DNA of 64,000 bases from a virus (lineage: Duplodnaviria > Caudoviricetes). Position 1 is the first letter of the stretch; every line of letters starts with the position of its first letter. The notes beneath the pieces were generated by a model. That model was not told the origin of the DNA. It saw only the letters and a list, made by a program, of their open reading frames with translations, and made no database searches. Position numbers and translations under genes: made by a program. Of the stretch, positions 58,863 through 64,000 are shown one piece after another. The stretch spans positions 2,391 through 66,390 of IMG/VR virus record IMGVR_UViG_3300033752_000023, one strand, 5' to 3'.

Positions 58863-59939
58863 ATGAAACTAGCTGTATTTGCTGATTTACATGCTCATAA
58901 TTTTAAGGAATTCGATACTAAAAGTGACTTCACAGGGTCACAAAGATTAGACTATATAATATTTACCTTACGCCATATCAGAAACTACTGTAAGATCAAT
59001 GATATAAAATATGTGCTGTTTGCTGGTGATTTATTTCATACCAGAGCGAAGGTTAATACTATTGTATTTAATTCAGTTTATGATGAAATTAAAGAGTTTT
59101 ATAAAGATAATATTCATCTGATCATGATTGCAGGTAACCACGACCAGTATGATAATTCAGACGTACCAGAGCATTCTCTACATGCATTTAATGATTTACC
59201 TGGAGTTCATGTATATGGAGATTTGTCAATACACACCATACAACAAGAGCCTGAAGGAGAAGTAGTAGATGTATATTGTGTTCCATACAGTAAAAATGTA
59301 CAAAGAACTAAAGAATGGATTGCTAGTCAAGAGGAACGTGGGTATGAAAGGTCCAGAATATGCCTATTCCACCTAGGAATAAAAGGAGGTCTGGTTGGTA
59401 ATGGTAACTACCCTATGGCTGATGCCTTTGATATAGAGGACCTTAGACCAGACTTCTTTAAGTACATCATCGGTGGTCATTTCCATAAGCGTCAGATTCT
59501 TGGTGGTTACCCTCATGCATTCTATTGTGGCTCACCAATTCAGCATAGTTTTGGTGATGAGGGTGAAGATAAAGGATTTTACGTAGTAGACACAGCAAGG
59601 CGTTGGGATATTGAATTTGTACCTATTCCCAACCCTAAGTTTCTAACCATGACTTTACAGGACGTAATAAATACAGACATGCAAGCCATAGCAAATGAGG
59701 GTCACTATGTGAGATTACAGGTTACAGAGGAAGAACTACAAAAGGCATTACAACACCTGCCAGATAATCTGAAGTACAAAGTGGAGTTGCAACGTGTATA
59801 TGAAGAAAAGACTAGGGTTGATGTAAAGATTGGTATGAGTTTCGAGGAAATTGTATCTAAGTATGCTGATGAGTATAACCCGGAAGGTAAGGAAATAGGT
59901 TTGAAAATACTCGATGAGGTGAAAAATAAGGGGGACTAA
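58863..59939 (+). CDS. sbcD: SbcD/Mre11-like metallophosphoesterase nuclease
   Basis: ADLH, AGDLFH, AGNHD, GGHFH, YCGSP..HSFGD. Confidence 0.9.
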   Translation: MKLAVFADLHAHNFKEFDTKSDFTGSQRLDYIIFTLRHIRNYCKINDIKYVLFAGDLFHTRAKVNTIVFNSVYDEIKEFYKDNIHLIMIAGNHDQYDNSDVPEHSLHAFNDLPGVHVYGDLSIHTIQQEPEGEVVDVYCVPYSKNVQRTKEWIASQEERGYERSRICLFHLGIKGGLVGNGNYPMADAFDIEDLRPDFFKYIIGGHFHKRQILGGYPHAFYCGSPIQHSFGDEGEDKGFYVVDTARRWDIEFVPIPNPKFLTMTLQDVINTDMQAIANEGHYVRLQVTEEELQKALQHLPDNLKYKVELQRVYEEKTRVDVKIGMSFEEIVSKYADEYNPEGKEIGLKILDEVKNKGD

Positions 59940-59941
59940 TA

Positions 59942-60295
59942 ATGTGTAATGTTGTCCGTACTTCAGTCAGTACTAATCGTGTGCCTATTAAGTTCAAACG
60001 AAATCCAGTAACTATATTTACAGAACTCGGATGGACAATAGGTCAATGGTTTGCATTTCCTAGACCAGACGAAAATCCTCCTAGCATTAAGACTAAGAAA
60101 GGTGAAAGGGTATTGTGGTGCCCATATTGCGCTGAGTGGACCATCTTCAAAAGAAGAGAAGACAGGGAGTTATGTCAGGGCATATGTGGGTGGGCTAATA
60201 CAAATGACTTTTACGTGAAGGCATATAATAGCTTATGGCATGAAGATGCTTCAATTAGAGTTCTACGAAACTCTCCTGTATCTAAGAGGAAATAG
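59942..60295 (+). CDS. Small Zn-finger protein
   Basis: WCPYC..CQGICGW. Confidence 0.65.
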   Translation: MCNVVRTSVSTNRVPIKFKRNPVTIFTELGWTIGQWFAFPRPDENPPSIKTKKGERVLWCPYCAEWTIFKRREDRELCQGICGWANTNDFYVKAYNSLWHEDASIRVLRNSPVSKRK

Positions 60296-60332
60296 GGCTT
60301 ATGTCTTATTTTCTTATTAAGGGGGGTTAATT

Positions 60333-60575
60333 ATGAAGATAGTGAAGCAAACCAAAGAGAAGATTACTCTAGAGTTAACTCCTATAGAATTAGAGCTCTT
60401 ACGTGGGGCTATAGTTAAGGAAAATAACAGCAGACGTAAAGCATGGAAAAAGGTTAACCCTGTATTCCCTGAAGAACTTATGTATCATGTAATGATGGCT
60501 GATACCTCTAAGCAGATGAGGGTGGAGATATATAAAGGAATCAAGAAATACCAAGATTGGGGTATCTTAAAGTAG
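60333..60575 (+). CDS. Hypothetical protein, 80 aa
   Basis: GGGG RBS; terminator hairpin follows. Confidence 0.6.
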   Translation: MKIVKQTKEKITLELTPIELELLRGAIVKENNSRRKAWKKVNPVFPEELMYHVMMADTSKQMRVEIYKGIKKYQDWGILK

Positions 60576-60637
60576 TTAAGAGGGTGGAGCCGGGATTGGC
60601 TTCAGCCCTTTTTTAATTAGTTGAAGGAGGGAGAATC

Positions 60638-60985
60638 ATGCTTTATAGGGACTATAGACAAATGACTGTTCATGTTATAGGAATTGATAAAGAAGGTAGA
60701 GTTGAATATGCTAAGAATAGTAACCTGGGTATGCCTACTAGTGAGGAAGGGGTATGTGGCTATATGCATGCAGAAATAAGACTTCTTAAGAAGATGCCTA
60801 ACCCTGTAACAGTAATGGTATCACATGCTCCATGTTTAAACTGTGCTAAAGCACTAGTAAAAGCAGGGGTGCAAGCAGTTTATTATATGAAACCTTATAG
60901 ACTGAAAGATGGACTGGAATACCTATATGAGAACGGTGTATTAGTGTATTGTACAGAAATAAATAGGGAGGATGATCTGTCTTGA
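60638..60985 (+). CDS. dCMP deaminase-like Zn-dependent deaminase
   Basis: MHAEI and APCLNC motifs, AGV..V.Y...YR..G...L. Confidence 0.8.
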   Translation: MLYRDYRQMTVHVIGIDKEGRVEYAKNSNLGMPTSEEGVCGYMHAEIRLLKKMPNPVTVMVSHAPCLNCAKALVKAGVQAVYYMKPYRLKDGLEYLYENGVLVYCTEINREDDLS

Positions 60986-62895
60986 AATTTGGGCGTTTAG
61001 TAGTAGATAATTTTATGTCCATTGAACATGCTGAAATCTATTTCAATGACAGAGGTTTAGTGCTCATACAAGGTAAGAATGAAGATGTAGATGCCTTTGA
61101 GAGTAATGGGGCAGGTAAATCTACCCTATTTTCTGAAGCCCCTACATGGGCACTATTTGGTGAAACTATTCGTGGGAAAAAGGGAGATGCTGTAATAAAT
61201 CGTAAGGCTAAACGTAATACTAGAGTTAGCTTAGAGATTATAGATGATAATGGTGGCGTATATGAAATTGTAAGACACCGTAAGCACCACCAATATAAGA
61301 ATCATGTACTATTGTACCGAAATGGTGAGAATATCACCAGCAAAAGTGATTCTGATACCAATAAAGCTATTGAGGATCTACTACAAATGGATTTCCTAAC
61401 GTTCACTAACTCTATTATGTTTGGTCAAGGGGTTAGTAGAATGTTTGCAATGTCTACAGACAGCGAGCAGAAGAAAATACTAGAGCGCATGCTCCAGATA
61501 GACATATTCAAGGCTTGTCAGGAACGGGCTAAGCAATACTTATCTCATACACAAGCAAGTGTAGACAAAATACAGATGGAGATGGACTCCCTAAATAAGG
61601 AAAGGTCTACTTTGGCGCAGTCTATAGAGGAGTTACAGAAAAAAGAAGCTGAATTAGAGCAGAAAGTTACAGAACGTATAAAGGAACTACAAGAGGAAAA
61701 AGAGGAGCTATTATCGGAACTAGAAAACTTGGATGATATAGAGATTTTACAAGAAGATAAGAAGGCTATGGAAAATGCCTTAAAGAAAGTGCAGAAAAAG
61801 CTGGATAGCTTTAAGGAATATGAAGAAAGTATGGCTGACCTATTAAGTGATAAAAAGTCACTGACACGTGAACTAGACAGAATTAGAAAAGAACTAGATA
61901 AGAAGCGGGTGGAGTTAGAAGACATTTTGAGTGGGAAAAATATCCCAAAAACATGCGAAACGTGCGGGCAAGAGTTACCCTTAGAGGACACCACTCACAT
62001 TGAAAATCACCTAAAAGAATCCATGAAAAAATTAGAGGTGGAATGGCAGGAGAAGAAGGGTGAGCTAACTGAGGTTGAGGAGCTTCTACACAAGGTGTAT
62101 ACGGTACTTGAAGGTAAAAAACCATTAGAAGAGCAAAAACAGCAATTACAAGATTCCATACGTGACATCCATATAGACATAAAACACATAGAAAACAAGT
62201 GCAAGTCATTGTCACGAGCTATAGAGGGCATTGATAAGCAAATAGAGGAGCAGGAAGCTTTATTAGGTACAACATATACAGACTTGATTGAGAGCAATAT
62301 AGAAAAGATTAAGGAAATTGATAGTGTATTAGAGATTAAAGAAGCTGAGTTAGAGGACCTACAAAAGGACCTGCATCATTATAACTTCTGGGTAAATGCC
62401 TATGGAAACCAAGGTATCAAGTCTGTATTACTGGACAGTGTTACCCCATTCCTTAATAAGCGTGCCAACTATTACCTGTCCAAACTAGCTGACTCCTCTA
62501 TAGAGGTAACATTTAACACACAAGTGGAGTTGAAATCCGGGGAGAAAAGGGATAAATTTTCAGTAGAGGTAGTAAACAGTAATGGGGACGATGACTACCA
62601 GGGTAGTAGTAATGGAGAGAAACGCAGAATTGATATAGCAATCAATATGGCTTTGCAAGACTTAGTTAGCTCTAGGTCTAACAAGCGTATAGACTTGATT
62701 GTATATGATGAAGTGTACGAAGGATTGGATGAAATTGGGTGTCATAGAGTTATAGAGTTACTCCAAGAAAAGGCAAAAATATTTGGTACTGTTATAGTAA
62801 TAACCCATAATGAATGGTTGAAGCAATTGTTTACTAAAGCTATAACAGTGAGAAAAGAAGGAGGTAGGACAGTTGTAGATGAGGAACAAGTATGA
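60982..62895 (+). CDS. sbcC: SbcC/Rad50-like ABC ATPase
   Basis: GAGKST, FGQG Q-loop, coiled coils with a CETC zinc hook, SSNGE signature, YDEV, ITH. Confidence 0.92.
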   Translation: MKFGRLVVDNFMSIEHAEIYFNDRGLVLIQGKNEDVDAFESNGAGKSTLFSEAPTWALFGETIRGKKGDAVINRKAKRNTRVSLEIIDDNGGVYEIVRHRKHHQYKNHVLLYRNGENITSKSDSDTNKAIEDLLQMDFLTFTNSIMFGQGVSRMFAMSTDSEQKKILERMLQIDIFKACQERAKQYLSHTQASVDKIQMEMDSLNKERSTLAQSIEELQKKEAELEQKVTERIKELQEEKEELLSELENLDDIEILQEDKKAMENALKKVQKKLDSFKEYEESMADLLSDKKSLTRELDRIRKELDKKRVELEDILSGKNIPKTCETCGQELPLEDTTHIENHLKESMKKLEVEWQEKKGELTEVEELLHKVYTVLEGKKPLEEQKQQLQDSIRDIHIDIKHIENKCKSLSRAIEGIDKQIEEQEALLGTTYTDLIESNIEKIKEIDSVLEIKEAELEDLQKDLHHYNFWVNAYGNQGIKSVLLDSVTPFLNKRANYYLSKLADSSIEVTFNTQVELKSGEKRDKFSVEVVNSNGDDDYQGSSNGEKRRIDIAINMALQDLVSSRSNKRIDLIVYDEVYEGLDEIGCHRVIELLQEKAKIFGTVIVITHNEWLKQLFTKAITVRKEGGRTVVDEEQV

Positions 62896-63067
62896 AATTG
62901 TAAAGATGAAGGTTAAAGATATGACAAAGGAGGAAGCACGTGTACTTATTAAATGGCTAGGCTACCCTGATGCCCCTGCTGTATCCTCAGCATTTGTTAG
63001 GGATTTGTATAGGAAAGCAGAATTACCTATCCCAGAGCACTTACAACAAAAACAAAGCCTGATATAA
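62879..63067 (+). CDS. Hypothetical protein, 62 aa
   Basis: GGAGG RBS; overlaps the end of sbcC. Confidence 0.5.
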   Translation: MRNKYEIVKMKVKDMTKEEARVLIKWLGYPDAPAVSSAFVRDLYRKAELPIPEHLQQKQSLI

Positions 63068-63118
63068 TGTGAGAGCATATAGAAAAGGGATTATCTGGTA
63101 CTTGGGTGTGAATTTTCG

Positions 63119-63152
63119 CCCTTCCACTTTTATTAAGGTGGAAGGACTTTTG
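63119..63152 (+). terminator. Probable intrinsic terminator
   Basis: CCTTCCAC/GTGGAAGG stem plus a T-rich tail. Confidence 0.6.
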
Positions 63153-63169
63153 TTGTTAGGGGTGGTAGC

Positions 63170-64000
63170 ATGATAGTAGATTACTTAGATACAGCACTAG
63201 GAGAAGGTACCCCTCATCATACGTCTAAAGGGCTTCAATATAGTTATAAATGCCCATTTTGTAATGATTATAAGGAGCGTTTATATATTAATATAGACAG
63301 AAAAGTGTACTGGTGCCATAATTGCCAAGCCACAGGTACTATGGTCACTTTCATCTCCGAATATGCTCATGTAACCTGGAAAGAAGCATTAAAGATATAT
63401 AGGGAGTTTGAGGGGTACGACCATAAGTTGCCAGATTCTATTGAGGAAGAAGTTTATTCAAGGCTTATAAAGGCATCTGAGATAGAACAGCCCAAATATG
63501 TGTACCCTTTACCAGAGGAGTTTGTTCTTATAGAGGAAGCTAGAGGACAGGTTGGTGAGAAGGCTGTAAAGTACCTCAAAAGTCGAGGGGTCACCCTAGA
63601 AATGGCTGAACGATATTATATAGGATACTGCGAGGAAGGGAAATATGCCAATCGTATAATAATGCCAGACTTTGAGAATGGTGAGCTGATATACTGGCAG
63701 GCTAGAACATTCTTGCCTACACCTACCAATCCAGTACTAAAAAAGATGTTTAGGAAGGTGCTAAACCCTTCACTTACAGAGGAGCAAGTAAAACAAGGCA
63801 TAAAGGCAGTTGACAAATCACAAGTAGTAGGAAATATAGATTTTGTACTGGAAGAGGGAATGGCAGTACTGTGTGAAGGAAAATTCGACTCATACACAAT
63901 CGGTGATATAGGAGCATGTTTGCATGGTAAGCATATGTCTGATGAGCAGTTCCTAAAACTAGTACTGAACAGGGACAAGATACAATGTATAGCTGTCATG
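63170..64000 (+). CDS. dnaG: DNA primase, N-terminal part (runs off the window; absent from the ORF track)
   Basis: ATG 63170 after GGGGTGG; CPFC..CHNC zinc finger; YWQAR; TOPRIM-like VLCEGKFD. Confidence 0.88.
   Translation, partial: MIVDYLDTALGEGTPHHTSKGLQYSYKCPFCNDYKERLYINIDRKVYWCHNCQATGTMVTFISEYAHVTWKEALKIYREFEGYDHKLPDSIEEEVYSRLIKASEIEQPKYVYPLPEEFVLIEEARGQVGEKAVKYLKSRGVTLEMAERYYIGYCEEGKYANRIIMPDFENGELIYWQARTFLPTPTNPVLKKMFRKVLNPSLTEEQVKQGIKAVDKSQVVGNIDFVLEEGMAVLCEGKFDSYTIGDIGACLHGKHMSDEQFLKLVLNRDKIQCIAVM

Noticed and set aside
131-63999. All minus-strand ORFs in the six-frame track
   Set aside because: They lie opposite well-supported plus-strand genes or in intergenic/RNA regions, show no recognisable motifs, and read like antisense shadows.

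Overview
This window is a 64-kb segment of a large contractile-tailed (myovirus) phage genome, probably infecting a spore-forming Bacillota host. Its gene order resembles SPO1/Twort (Herelleviridae-like), and every credible gene is on the + strand. In order: (1) terminase large subunit, truncated at the left edge; (2) a ~19-kb accessory region with a sporulation-type sigma factor, a Rok-like protein, a structured RNA plus tRNA-Arg, PhoH, a 3D-domain protein, an intein-containing class II RNR and several large modular proteins; (3) portal, prohead protease, scaffold and major capsid; (4) neck, sheath, tube, chaperone, tape measure, baseplate and fibres; (5) holin, amidase, holin; (6) replication genes: intein-containing SF2 helicase, intron-split DnaB, SbcD/SbcC, dCMP deaminase and primase, truncated at the right edge. 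The best candidate for an undescribed system is a family of four proteins. They share a ~35-aa module, DLxK[AG]..N..(K)LV....V.G(K)NGK..TR.QWV. Three copies are fused to different enzyme-like payloads (ParB + DUF3626-like, GNAT, HExxH zincin) and the fourth to a charged tail. The module begins with the same hydrophobic-x-K-[SAG] site that recurs in the scaffold and capsid proteins, which suggests modular capsid-packaged, injected effectors. Other highlights: two copies of an 11-bp-periodic AT-rich element with a covarying C-GAA-G DNA hairpin, a ~270-nt structured RNA 5' of the tRNA, a probable +1 frameshift at UCC-UUU-CGU in the tail chaperone, and an ORF-less group I intron in the DnaB Walker A motif. 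All family assignments come from motif recognition by eye; no searches were run.
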